From Hyphomicrobiales bacterium (lineage in GTDB: Bacteria > Pseudomonadota > Alphaproteobacteria > Rhizobiales > JANPGK01), in the NCBI GenBank assembly GCA_031423895.1, contig JANPGK010000012.1:73-64072 (forward strand): a stretch of 64,000 nt of DNA, given 5' to 3'. The position numbers and the translations under genes were made by a program. Position 1 is the first letter of the stretch. Every line of letters starts with the position of its first letter. Shown piece after piece: positions 39,830 through 49,110 of this stretch. The notes beneath the pieces are model-generated. The model was not told the origin of the DNA. It searched no databases and saw only the letters and a list, made by a program, of their open reading frames with translations.

Positions 39830-40558
39830 ATGCTTACATTCCCCGCTCCTTCTGCGCTTCTCAGTTTCATCAATCGCTGGTGTATGCCCATGTTTGTGCT
39901 GTCATTGGTGCTCATCGCCGCTGGCCTGTGGTGGATTTTCACCAAAACCCCACCCGATTACCAACAAGGCAATTCAGCAAAGATCATGTTTGTGCATGTG
40001 CCCACCGCATGGGGTAGTATGGGTATTTATGTGCTGATGACTCTCATGAGTGTTCTGTCTCTAATATATCGCAACCCGCTAACTGATGTGGTGGCCAAAG
40101 CCTGCGCGCCCGTTGGCATGTGTGTATGTGGGATTTGCCTCATCACAGGCTCATTGTGGGGCAAACCCATGTGGGGCGCCTGGTGGGTGTGGGATGCGCG
40201 CCTCACTTCCATGCTCGTGCTATTTTTGCTTTATGTAGCACTCGTGCTGCTGTGGCGTAGCTTTGCAGGCATGGCCTCGGCTACACGCATTATGGCGGTG
40301 GTTACACTGGTGGGGTTCATCAATATCCCGATCATCAAATTCTCGGTGGAATGGTGGAATACATTGCATCAACCCGCCAGCGTGCTGCGTAGTGGCGGCG
40401 CCGCGCTTGCGCCCGAATTTCTTTATCCTCTGCTTTACATGGCGGCATGCGGCACATTACTCGCCACAAGTTTCATTCTATTTGGCCTGCGCAATGAATT
40501 GCTCGCACTCAAACTCCACGCTAGCCAGCGCCGTGGTTACACACATGGGGGGAATTAA
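39830..40558 (+). CDS. ccmC: Heme exporter protein CcmC
   Basis: ..GSLWGKPMWGAWWVWDARLTS.. is the WGxxWxWD tryptophan-rich heme-handling motif. Confidence 0.95.
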   Translation: MLTFPAPSALLSFINRWCMPMFVLSLVLIAAGLWWIFTKTPPDYQQGNSAKIMFVHVPTAWGSMGIYVLMTLMSVLSLIYRNPLTDVVAKACAPVGMCVCGICLITGSLWGKPMWGAWWVWDARLTSMLVLFLLYVALVLLWRSFAGMASATRIMAVVTLVGFINIPIIKFSVEWWNTLHQPASVLRSGGAALAPEFLYPLLYMAACGTLLATSFILFGLRNELLALKLHASQRRGYTHGGN

Positions 40559-40701
40559 TGGCGGATTATAGCGCTTTCATTATTGCATCCTATGCCAGTG
40601 CCGCTATGGTTTTGGCCATTTTAGGTGTAGCGCAATGGCTGCGCTTTCGCCACCTGAACCAACACTTGAATATGGTGAAACATGAACACCCCAGTGCATA
40701 A
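40558..40701 (+). CDS. ccmD: Heme exporter protein CcmD (47 aa; below the ORF-track length cutoff)
   Basis: MADYSAFIIASYASAAMVLAILGVAQWLRFRHLNQHLNMVKHEHPSA. The ATG overlaps the ccmC TAA (TAATG). It has a single TM helix with a basic tail, and its 3' end overlaps the ccmG start by 20 nt. Confidence 0.8.
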   Translation: MADYSAFIIASYASAAMVLAILGVAQWLRFRHLNQHLNMVKHEHPSA

Positions 40702-41248
40702 AAAATCTGTAGTGATTCTCGTGTTGGTGGCCGCCACCGCTATGGCGCTGCTGTCTTTGTTTTATTTTATGCTCAAAAAAGGTGACCCAAGCCTGCTACC
40801 TTCAGCACTTATCAACAAATTGGCCCCTGCATTTGAAGTTGTGGCGTTGCCAGCGGAAGCTGGCGCTCCGCCATTCCCCACATTCACTGCGGATGATTTG
40901 AAAAATGACCACATTAAGCTGGTGAATTTTTGGGCGTCTTGGTGTGGCCCTTGCCGTGAGGAACACCCGGTTTTGGTAAGCATCGCTGCATCTGGCGTGC
41001 CAATTTATGGCATTAATCGCAAGGATAGTGCGCAAAATGCCCGCACATTTTTAAAAACACATGGCAACCCATACACTGGCATTATAACCGATCTCACGGG
41101 CCGCACAGGAATCGATTGGGGCGTGTATGGCATGCCCGAAACCTATGTGATTGGTGCTGATGGCAAGATTCTTAAACGTATTGTAGGACCTATTACAATA
41201 AAACATGTGTTAGAAATTGAACAGTTGTCAAAGCGCACCATTAAATAA
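40682..41248 (+). CDS. ccmG: Thiol:disulfide interchange protein CcmG/DsbE
   Basis: It has an N-terminal TM anchor, then ..VNFWASWCGPCREEHP.. and ..GVYGMPETYVIG.. Confidence 0.94.
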   Translation: MNTPVHKKSVVILVLVAATAMALLSLFYFMLKKGDPSLLPSALINKLAPAFEVVALPAEAGAPPFPTFTADDLKNDHIKLVNFWASWCGPCREEHPVLVSIAASGVPIYGINRKDSAQNARTFLKTHGNPYTGIITDLTGRTGIDWGVYGMPETYVIGADGKILKRIVGPITIKHVLEIEQLSKRTIK

Positions 41249-41297
41249 GAATATTTAAAACTTTAAGTATTAATATTAATCTTAAATTATAATTTAC

Positions 41298-41335
41298 AAT
41301 AAAGAGTTATTATAACATAATCCAAACTCTTTATT
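41298..41335 (+). terminator. AT-rich perfect 11-bp hairpin after ccmG (possible terminator)
   Basis: AATAAAGAGTT-15 nt-AACTCTTTATT is followed by atttg. There is no strong T-run. Confidence 0.35.
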
Positions 41336-41352
41336 ATTTGCGAGTGCCTGCC

Positions 41353-42423
41353 ATGAACAAAGATCGCATAAATTGGATTGATTGCGCCAAAGGAATCAGC
41401 ATCATTCTGGTAGTGATTATGCATTCAGGCTTAGGGATTGAACTCGTAGGCGGCACGCCAGATTGGATGAACCGTGTCATCCTCATGCTACAACCTGTGC
41501 GCATGCCGTTGTTTTTCACACTTTCTGGCTTATTTTTTGCAAAAGCGCTTACATCTTCCTGGCGAGATATTATCAATTCAAAATTGCTGCATTTTACTTA
41601 TTTTTACGCCATATGGCTAGTCATCCAGTCGGCACTTCGTTCCTCTGGTAATATTGGCTCATTTACAGAATATTTTCTTTCAAACATAATTGAGCCCACC
41701 ACAACCTTGTGGTTTATCTATATGTTGGGCCTATTTTTTGCAATCACACGGCTAATGGCGTGGTTTAATGCTGTTACGATTATTATACTCGCAGCGACTT
41801 TAAATCTAGCCTCCATATCTGTTGGCGCTCTTCTTATCGATAAATTTGCCCTATATTGGGTATATTTTGTAGTAGGTGTGTATGCAGCACCGTTTATATT
41901 AATTGGTGCAAAACGCTACGCCACGCGCCCAGCATCCAGCATAATTTGGCTCTGCATCTTCATTGTACTTGCCAATGTCGCCATCGAATTGGGCATGATA
42001 CGCACTGGCAAACATATTGATAGCACATTCTTGCTGCAGTATGTGAATTCAACATCACGTATGTTGCTCTCTTGGGTTGGCGTAGGCGCGTTTATCGCTG
42101 TGATTTCAGCCTATTCACATCGATATGCCAACACATTCCTGCACTATTGCGGCCAGAACTCATTACAAATTTTTCTTGCATTCTTTTTGTTCAAAACACC
42201 CTTTCAGCATATTTTAAAAGCCATAGGTTTAGTGCAATTTGCACCGAATATTAGCCTGATCCTGTTGGCATGCATCAGCATTTTGGGGCCATTATATATG
42301 AATCATATCATCATGAATTGGCGGCCCGCGCGCTACATACAATTTTTGTTTGTGCGCCCAAAATGGGTGCGGTTACCGATGCGCAAACCTGATGGAAGCA
42401 CCACTTACGCCCCTGCCAAATGA
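41353..42423 (+). CDS. Integral-membrane acyltransferase (acyltransferase-3/OafA-like family)
   Basis: MNKDRINWIDCAKGISIILVVIMH.. is the typical family N-terminus. The protein has about 10 hydrophobic segments and GC content lower than the backbone. Confidence 0.8.
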   Translation: MNKDRINWIDCAKGISIILVVIMHSGLGIELVGGTPDWMNRVILMLQPVRMPLFFTLSGLFFAKALTSSWRDIINSKLLHFTYFYAIWLVIQSALRSSGNIGSFTEYFLSNIIEPTTTLWFIYMLGLFFAITRLMAWFNAVTIIILAATLNLASISVGALLIDKFALYWVYFVVGVYAAPFILIGAKRYATRPASSIIWLCIFIVLANVAIELGMIRTGKHIDSTFLLQYVNSTSRMLLSWVGVGAFIAVISAYSHRYANTFLHYCGQNSLQIFLAFFLFKTPFQHILKAIGLVQFAPNISLILLACISILGPLYMNHIIMNWRPARYIQFLFVRPKWVRLPMRKPDGSTTYAPAK

Positions 42424-43163
42424 CCCACAAAGCGCAATAGCACCGCAATATCCTCTGGGCGACTTAGGCGATGGTCGCCATCATGGATCAATGTCAACTG
42501 AACGTTGGCGGTGCCCAAATGCGCCATTAATTTCATAGCATGAGCTGGCGGCACGTCGGTATCGGCACTGCCTTGCAATATGTGTACAGGGCAGGGCGCT
42601 GTATAGGGGCGATTGAGCACGCATTGCGTGCGGCCATCTTCAATAAATGTCATGGTGAAACGGTTCGGCTGAGCGGAATAGTCGGATTGTTCTTCAAAAT
42701 AACCAACGCGCGCCGCATGTGCCTGCTGCTGAGGTGTGAGTCGTTGCCAAATTAAATCTTCAGTAAAATCAGGTGCGGGGGCCAGTAACACCATCGCCTG
42801 CAATTGATTTGCAATCTCAGGCATTTCTGCCAAACGCAACGCAAGCCAGCCACCCATTGATGAACCCACAATGATACACGCGCCTTGCAAATGCTGGGCG
42901 ATCATGGCCTGCGCCTGCGCCAACCACAGCGAAATTGTGCCATCTTCAAACCGCCCACCTGAAGCGCCATGTCCAGAATAATCAAAGCAGAAAAACCCCA
43001 CGCCTTGCGCCTGTGCCCAAGCTTTAAGCGCCTGCACCTTATTACCGCCCATATCGGAACGATAGCCGCACAACCACACGATGGTGGGCGCACGGCCTAC
43101 AATATGTTCAAAGATAAGGTGTGATGTTTGTGTCACAGCACGCTCACCCCTTAGGCGCTTCAT
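42405..43163 (-). CDS. Alpha/beta-fold hydrolase
   Basis: ..GHGASGG.. is present, with the nucleophile elbow GSSMGG and a C-terminal ..GDHRL.. His. The ATG at 43163 overlaps the ftsH 3' end by 20 nt. An alternative GTG at 43136 removes that overlap. Confidence 0.82.
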   Translation of the reverse strand: MKRLRGERAVTQTSHLIFEHIVGRAPTIVWLCGYRSDMGGNKVQALKAWAQAQGVGFFCFDYSGHGASGGRFEDGTISLWLAQAQAMIAQHLQGACIIVGSSMGGWLALRLAEMPEIANQLQAMVLLAPAPDFTEDLIWQRLTPQQQAHAARVGYFEEQSDYSAQPNRFTMTFIEDGRTQCVLNRPYTAPCPVHILQGSADTDVPPAHAMKLMAHLGTANVQLTLIHDGDHRLSRPEDIAVLLRFVGHLAGA

Positions 43164-45075
43164 CCTCTGGCGGGGCGGCTTTTTTGGCGCGTGGTTTTTT
43201 GGCCGTGGTGGGGACAGATGAAGACTTGCGGCTTTTCAGTGTCACATTCACATCATCTGCATTGCGTACGGGCGGAATGCCCTTGATCAAATTATTGATT
43301 TCCTCACCCGAAAGCGTTTCATACTCCAACAAGCCTTGCGCCAATATTTCCAAATCTTTAGATTGCGCTGTCAAAATTTTCTTGGCGGCTTGATAGCCTT
43401 CATCAATTAACTTGCGCACTTCCTCGTCAATTTTCTGTGCGGTATTTTCGGAAACCGTGTTGTTTTTGCCCATAGAATAACCCAGAAACACTTCTTCCTG
43501 ATTATCGCCATACATCACCGTGCCCAGCACCTTAGAATAACCCCAGCGTGTCACCATAGCGCGCGCCAATTTTGTGGCCTGTTCAATATCGCTAGAGGCC
43601 CCCGAGGTGATTTTATCCACGCCAAAAATCAACTCCTCTGCAACGCGGCCGCCCATTAAAACAGCCAAACGCGAGGTCATTTGCACGTAGGACATCGACA
43701 TTTTATCGCGTTCTGGCAACTGCATCACCATACCCAATGCACGCCCACGCGGAATGATTGTGGCTTTATGCACAGGGTCGCTGGAGGGCACGTTCATTGC
43801 CACAATCGCATGACCACCTTCATGATAGGCCGTCAGCGCTTTTTCATCCTCGCTCATCACCAAGGTGCGGCGTTCAGCACCCATCATCACCTTATCTTTA
43901 GCGTCTTCAAATTCTTTCATGCTCACAATATTCCGATTGCGACGCGCGGCCAACAATGCGGCTTCATTCACCAAATTCATCAAATCGGCGCCTGAAAAGC
44001 CCGGTGTGCCGCGTGAAAGCACTTTCAAATCCACATCGGGTGCGAGTGGCACTTTGCGCACATGCACCTTGAGAATTTGTTCACGCCCCACCAAATCGGG
44101 GTTTGGCACCATAATTTGGCGGTCAAAACGGCCTGGGCGCAGCAATGCTGGGTCGAGCACGTCGGGGCGATTGGTAGCCGCAATCAAAATAATGCTTTCA
44201 TTGGGCTCAAAGCCATCCATCTCCACCAGCAACTGGTTGAGGGTTTGCTCGCGCTCGTCATTGCCGCCGCCAAGGCCTGCGCCGCGGTGGCGCCCAACAG
44301 CGTCGATCTCGTCGATAAATATGATACATGGCGCGTTTTTCTTGGCTTGCTCAAACATATCCCGCACGCGCGACGCACCCACACCAACAAACATCTCGAC
44401 AAAATCGGAGCCTGAAATGGTGAAAAATGGCACACCAGCTTCACCAGCAATTGCTTTGGCCAGCAAGGTTTTCCCGGTTCCGGGAGGGCCAATCAGCAGC
44501 ACGCCACGTGGAATTTTGCCGCCCAATTTCTGGAATTTTTGTGGTTCTTTCAAAAAGTCCACAATTTCTTCCAAATCTTCTTTGGCTTCGTTCACGCCCG
44601 CCACATCATCGAATGTTACCTTGGTGTTTTGCTCGGTCAGCATTTTGGCTTTAGAACGGCCAAAGCCCATGGCTTTGCCACCGCCACCATTCATTTGGCG
44701 CATCAGATAAATCCATACACCAATGAGCAATATCATGGGGAACCACGAAATCAGCACGCTGATAAACGATACATTATCGCCAATTGGGCGCGCTGAAATC
44801 ACCACGCCTTTGGCATTCAAGCGCGAAATCAGGCTGGAATCTTCTGGTGCATATACATTAAAGCCACGCCCTTCCATGGTGTGCCCCACAATATCGCGCC
44901 CAACAATGGTCACATCGCGCACACGACCCGAATCCACATCCGACAAAAACTGTGAATAGCTCACCTCAGCGGTGTTCACGCCCTTCTGGTTAGCGCCTTG
45001 AAACACAGTGGCCAACGCCACAAGCAACAGGGCAACAATCACCCAAAGTGCGAAATTCCGTAAATTCTGTGGCAT
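43144..45075 (-). CDS. ftsH: ATP-dependent zinc metalloprotease FtsH
   Basis: It has Walker [14 protein letters not shown], the SRH region, the zinc site HEGGHA and two N-terminal TM helices. Confidence 0.98.
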   Translation of the reverse strand: MPQNLRNFALWVIVALLLVALATVFQGANQKGVNTAEVSYSQFLSDVDSGRVRDVTIVGRDIVGHTMEGRGFNVYAPEDSSLISRLNAKGVVISARPIGDNVSFISVLISWFPMILLIGVWIYLMRQMNGGGGKAMGFGRSKAKMLTEQNTKVTFDDVAGVNEAKEDLEEIVDFLKEPQKFQKLGGKIPRGVLLIGPPGTGKTLLAKAIAGEAGVPFFTISGSDFVEMFVGVGASRVRDMFEQAKKNAPCIIFIDEIDAVGRHRGAGLGGGNDEREQTLNQLLVEMDGFEPNESIILIAATNRPDVLDPALLRPGRFDRQIMVPNPDLVGREQILKVHVRKVPLAPDVDLKVLSRGTPGFSGADLMNLVNEAALLAARRNRNIVSMKEFEDAKDKVMMGAERRTLVMSEDEKALTAYHEGGHAIVAMNVPSSDPVHKATIIPRGRALGMVMQLPERDKMSMSYVQMTSRLAVLMGGRVAEELIFGVDKITSGASSDIEQATKLARAMVTRWGYSKVLGTVMYGDNQEEVFLGYSMGKNNTVSENTAQKIDEEVRKLIDEGYQAAKKILTAQSKDLEILAQGLLEYETLSGEEINNLIKGIPPVRNADDVNVTLKSRKSSSVPTTAKKPRAKKAAPPEDEAPKG

Positions 45076-45242
45076 ATGCTGGCCTTGTATGAGCGTGTGA
45101 AAGCGTCCTGTAGCCTATATAGGGCATAATTGCAATTTTGCCAGTGGGTTTAGAAAGAATTTTTGAATATAAGGGCTGTCATTGACAGGGCACTTACCGT
45201 TTGCTATCTGAAGCAAGTGATAGTTATTTTGGATATAATGTG

Positions 45243-45728
45243 ATGTATGATGCAGTTCGTGCTAATATAAAACTCTCACCGCTCGCACAAGAAATATTTA
45301 ATAATCAGCATTTTCAAAAAGGAATTGGGTTTATAAATAATACAGCTCCACTTTACACGAACATTAAAGAAGTTGATAGACAGGTATTACATTTTCATAA
45401 AATTACAGACAAAGGAATGCGGGCCGCTATTAATTTGCGTGGTTTGATTTTTCATCAAGAGTATACTATCGGTGGGTTGCTAACTACAAAGGGTATTTAC
45501 AACAAACAAGAGATGACAACGGCCTTAAATGAGGTGATGACTCACCTAAGAGCAAATTTATCACCGAATGTAGTTACGGCTAGATTTCAGAGCATTGCTT
45601 TCAATATGATCGCAAGCGCCTTTAAAACTTCCGCTGGCTTATGCACTGTAGCCCTTTTAGTAAGCGCGGCTTTATCATCAAAATTCATATCAGCATTGAA
45701 TCATCCGAAGCCTTCAGCAGAATCATAA
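45243..45728 (+). CDS. AT-rich tail-anchored orphan protein P8 (161 aa; ORF track starts at TTG 45201)
   Basis: The C-terminus is TSAGLCTVALLVSAALSSKFISALNHPKPSAES. The gene lies antisense between tilS and ftsH, and its 3' end overlaps the tilS stop region by 6 nt. Confidence 0.6.
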   Translation: MYDAVRANIKLSPLAQEIFNNQHFQKGIGFINNTAPLYTNIKEVDRQVLHFHKITDKGMRAAINLRGLIFHQEYTIGGLLTTKGIYNKQEMTTALNEVMTHLRANLSPNVVTARFQSIAFNMIASAFKTSAGLCTVALLVSAALSSKFISALNHPKPSAES

Positions 45729-46730
45729 TTTAGAGAGTTTCTGTCTACTGCCCTCACGCGCCACCTTCAACCACTTGGACGAGAGGCTCACCACATAGCC
45801 ACCCAATGTGCGGCGGATGGTTGTGCCTTCATCATACAACAGCTCATGGTGGAGGCGCTCTAGCGCGGCGAGAGAAAGCGGATATTCCGTTGCATTATCA
45901 TGCAACAGCTGCGCAAGTATGCGAATTTGCACATCTTCTGGCGCGTAGTCGAACAGGGCACGTTGCAGCTTCACCGCATCGCCTTCATGCACACAATGCG
46001 CCATAAAACTCGCTGTTACGTCTTGCAACGCATGTTCGGCCCGCTGCAACCGCTGCAATGCCAGCGACAAATGAGACTCTCCAAATGCCATCGATTTGAT
46101 CGCATCGCGCACCCGCACCCGCTCAAAATTGGTGTCATCGTTTGAAGGATCTTCCACATACGGAATATTCTGTTCTAAAGCAATTGCCCGCAATTGCTTC
46201 TTGGCTACGCTCAAAAATGGCCGCGCTAGCAGCACATCCCCCGATAAATGCCGCAGACTATGCATTGCAGAAAGCCCCGTGAGGCCAGAGCCACGCAGCA
46301 ATCGCATAACAAATGTTTCGGCTTGGTCGTCTGCATGATGGGCAGACACAACTATATCTGCACCGCATTCATGTGCATGTTGTGCTAACAATGCATAACG
46401 CGCAGCACGCGCCTGCTCCATCAGCCGTGCGGTGGGTTTTTCCTCATGGTGCCAGTGCAAAATTGTGTGCGGCACACCCAGCTGCACGCAATAAGCTGCC
46501 ACCATTTTCGCTTCCGCCTGCGCCCCTTCTCGCAAATGATGATTCACCGTTGCTGCATAGAGTGGCGGTGCATTTGGTGTTGCCATGCACCACGCCTGCA
46601 GCGCGTATAGCAGCACCATGCTATCCAGCCCGCCCGAAACCGCGACAAGCAGCCCCGTGTGACCGTGCAAAATCTTAAAATGTCCAAACAGAGTGTTCAT
46701 CATATCAATCGATTGCCTTATATGTGCCAA
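45723..46730 (-). CDS. tilS: tRNA(Ile)-lysidine synthase
   Basis: ..LLVAVSGGLDSMVLL.. is the PP-loop SGGxDS motif. The gene has the usual position upstream of ftsH. Confidence 0.9.
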   Translation of the reverse strand: MAHIRQSIDMMNTLFGHFKILHGHTGLLVAVSGGLDSMVLLYALQAWCMATPNAPPLYAATVNHHLREGAQAEAKMVAAYCVQLGVPHTILHWHHEEKPTARLMEQARAARYALLAQHAHECGADIVVSAHHADDQAETFVMRLLRGSGLTGLSAMHSLRHLSGDVLLARPFLSVAKKQLRAIALEQNIPYVEDPSNDDTNFERVRVRDAIKSMAFGESHLSLALQRLQRAEHALQDVTASFMAHCVHEGDAVKLQRALFDYAPEDVQIRILAQLLHDNATEYPLSLAALERLHHELLYDEGTTIRRTLGGYVVSLSSKWLKVAREGSRQKLSKL

Positions 46731-46823
46731 AGCCTACCACAATTTTTGGCACATGGCCATTGCCAGTGACGCGGCGTTCTGCTAACACCTGCGCATCACT
46801 TTACACATACGCAGGGGCACATC

Positions 46824-48146
46824 ATGCAAGCAGTACAAAAAACACTTAACGACAATGGCGACTTCAAAGTGGCCGATATGTCCCTTGCCGATTGGGGTCG
46901 TAAAGAAATCACAATTGCCGAAACTGAAATGCCTGGTTTGATGGCGTTGCGCACTGAATTTGGTGCTTCCAAACCGCTTAAAGGCGCGCGCATTGCAGGC
47001 TGTTTGCACATGACCATTCAAACCGCTGTGCTGATTGAAACACTCATTGCTTTGGGTGCTGAAGTGCGGTGGAGTTCTTGCAACATCTTCTCAACACAAG
47101 ATCAAGCCGCCGCCGCAATTGCCGCCGCTGGTATTCCTGTGTTTGCGTGGAAAGGTGAAACCGAAGACGAATATATGTGGTGCATTGAGCAAACCATTAA
47201 AGGCCCAAATGGCTGGTTGCCAAATATTATTCTCGATGATGGTGCCGATTTAACCCTGCACATGCACGAAAAATATCCTGAATTGCTGAAAAACGTGGTT
47301 GGCGTTTCGGAAGAAACCACTACAGGCGTACATCGCATGATCGAAATGGCGAAAAACGGTAAATTGCTGATCCCTGTCATCAACGTGAATGACTCTGTAA
47401 CAAAATCAAAATTCGACAACCTTTATGGCTGCCGTGAATCACTGGTCGATGGCATTAAACGCGCCACCGACGTGATGATGGCCGGCAAAATCGCTGTTGT
47501 GTGCGGCTATGGTGATGTGGGCAAAGGCTCTGCTGAATCGCTCCGTAGCCAAGGCGCCCGCGTGATTGTGACAGAAATCGACCCAATTTGCGCATTGCAA
47601 GCAGCAATGAGCGGCTATCAAGTGCTCACCATGGAAGAAATTGCACCAGTGGCCGATATTTTTGTGACTGCAACTGGCAATAAAGACGTGATCACCGTTG
47701 ACCACATGCGTGCAATGAAAGACCGCGCGATTGTGTGCAACATTGGCCACTTCGACTCTGAAATTCAAGTGGCTGGCTTGCGCAATATGAAATGGCACAA
47801 TGTGAAGCCACAAGTAGACGAAATTGAATTTGCTGATGGCAAACGCTTAATTTTGTTGGCAGAAGGCCGCTTGGTAAACTTGGGCTGCGGCACTGGCCAC
47901 CCCAGCTTTGTGATGTCTGCCTCTTTCACCAACCAAGTGTTGGCGCAAATTGAATTGTGGACCAACAAAGACAACGGCAAATATGGCGTGCAAGTCTATG
48001 TGTTGCCAAAGCATTTGGATGAAAAAGTGGCCGCATTGCATTTGGATAAATTGGGCGTGAAACTGACAACGCTCACCAAAGATCAAGCTGAATATATTAC
48101 AGTTCCAGCCGCCGGCCCATTCAAGCCAGATCATTACCGGTATTGA
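46824..48146 (+). CDS. ahcY: Adenosylhomocysteinase
   Basis: ..[29 protein letters not shown].., ..[10 protein letters not shown].. and ..NIGHFDSEI.. are present. Confidence 0.97.
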   Translation: MQAVQKTLNDNGDFKVADMSLADWGRKEITIAETEMPGLMALRTEFGASKPLKGARIAGCLHMTIQTAVLIETLIALGAEVRWSSCNIFSTQDQAAAAIAAAGIPVFAWKGETEDEYMWCIEQTIKGPNGWLPNIILDDGADLTLHMHEKYPELLKNVVGVSEETTTGVHRMIEMAKNGKLLIPVINVNDSVTKSKFDNLYGCRESLVDGIKRATDVMMAGKIAVVCGYGDVGKGSAESLRSQGARVIVTEIDPICALQAAMSGYQVLTMEEIAPVADIFVTATGNKDVITVDHMRAMKDRAIVCNIGHFDSEIQVAGLRNMKWHNVKPQVDEIEFADGKRLILLAEGRLVNLGCGTGHPSFVMSASFTNQVLAQIELWTNKDNGKYGVQVYVLPKHLDEKVAALHLDKLGVKLTTLTKDQAEYITVPAAGPFKPDHYRY

Positions 48147-48151
48147 TAAAC

Positions 48152-48223
48152 AACCGTTATCCTCGGGCTAGACCCGAGGATCTACTTAAGTTGATGGTCG
48201 GGTCTAGCCCGACCATGACGGTT
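48152..48223. repeat. Double-hairpin palindromic repeat, family B, filling the ahcY/ubiG convergent spacer
   Basis: aaccgtt-ATCCTCGGGctagaCCCGAGGATctacttaagttg-ATGGTCGGGtctagCCCGACCAT-gacggtt. The outer inverted pair is aaccgt/acggtt. The right end overlaps the ubiG stop codon. Confidence 0.88.
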
Positions 48224-49043
48224 ATGATTTGATCCCCACCACTATATAATTCACGCTGGTGTCGGCACCTGTTTTCCATGTGCCCATCAGCGGGTTATAC
48301 TGCATGCCGAGAGTGGTTGTGGGCATGATGCCTGCATCGCTCATCCAACCTTTCAACGTGTGTGGCGCTACGAATAATGAATGGTCATGCGTGCCGATGG
48401 GCAGCAAGCGCAGCACATATTCTGCCCCCAAAATTGCCAATAAATACGACCAAATGGTTTTATTGAGCGTGGAGAAAAACACCAAGCCGCCTGGGCGCGT
48501 TAAATCAGCGCACATCTTCACAAAGCCGGCTTGGTCGCCCACATGCTCGATCACTTCCAACGCGCACACTACATCAAACTGCTGGCCTTTGGCGATCAAT
48601 TCACTGGCATCATAGCTGCCATAGGTGATGCCTAGCCCTTGTTCGGCATTACGTTTTTTGGCAATTTCAATGTTCGGCGCCGATAAATCCAACCCCGTGG
48701 TGGCAAACCCCATGCGCGCCAGCGGCTCGGTGAGCAACCCCGCACCACAGCCAACGTCTAGGGCGGTGAGGTGGGAAAATAAACCCCTCTCCCTTGACGG
48801 GAGAGGGATGAGGGGTAATACCCCGAATGAAGGGGTGGGTGAGGGTGGTGTGCGTGTTTCACCCTCATCCGATTTGCTGCGCAAATCACCTTCTCCCGTC
48901 AAGGGAGAAGGAAGTGACGCCATCACCGCATCGCGAATAAACTTCAACCGCACGGGGTTCATTTGGTGCAATGGGCGCATGGGGCCGTTTTCGTCCCACC
49001 ATTCATTGGCCAGTTTATCAAAATTTTCTGTGTGTAGCGACAT
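48222..49043 (-). CDS. ubiG: Ubiquinone biosynthesis O-methyltransferase UbiG, carrying an in-frame repeat-derived insertion
   Basis: MSLHTENFDKLANEWWDENGPMRPLHQMNPVRLKFI.. is followed by ..LDVGCGAGLLTEPLAR.. and ..VVCALEVIEHV... The ORF-track start at 49547 is a spurious extension antisense to lysC. Confidence 0.9.
   Translation of the reverse strand: MSLHTENFDKLANEWWDENGPMRPLHQMNPVRLKFIRDAVMASLPSPLTGEGDLRSKSDEGETRTPPSPTPSFGVLPLIPLPSRERGLFSHLTALDVGCGAGLLTEPLARMGFATTGLDLSAPNIEIAKKRNAEQGLGITYGSYDASELIAKGQQFDVVCALEVIEHVGDQAGFVKMCADLTRPGGLVFFSTLNKTIWSYLLAILGAEYVLRLLPIGTHDHSLFVAPHTLKGWMSDAGIMPTTTLGMQYNPLMGTWKTGADTSVNYIVVGIKS
48785..48917 (+). repeat. Triple-hairpin repeat, family A, copy 2, located inside the ubiG coding sequence
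   Basis: It contains ccctctccc-ttgac-gggagaggg, then ..gggtgaggg..ccctcatcc.., then ccttctccc-gtcaa-gggagaagg, and ends in aagtg. It is read on the minus strand as SLPSPLTGEGDLRSKSDEGETRTPPSPTPSFGVLPLIPLPSRERG. Confidence 0.88.
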
Positions 49044-49110
49044 GGCTTGCCTTTTGTGTGCAAATGGAATAACGCATTGCACCATAATACACATAGCATG
49101 AGAATAAAAC

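Noticed and set aside
39750-40037. 95-aa ORF upstream of and overlapping ccmC.
   Set aside because: It is not a gene. Its beginning is the decayed duplicate of the ccmB 3' end, and the rest is an out-of-frame reading of ccmC. The duplication itself is reported as a finding.
46731-46823. Possible SAH riboswitch in the ahcY leader.
   Set aside because: I could not find the conserved SAH-riboswitch pseudoknot core or any convincing structure in the 93-nt leader.
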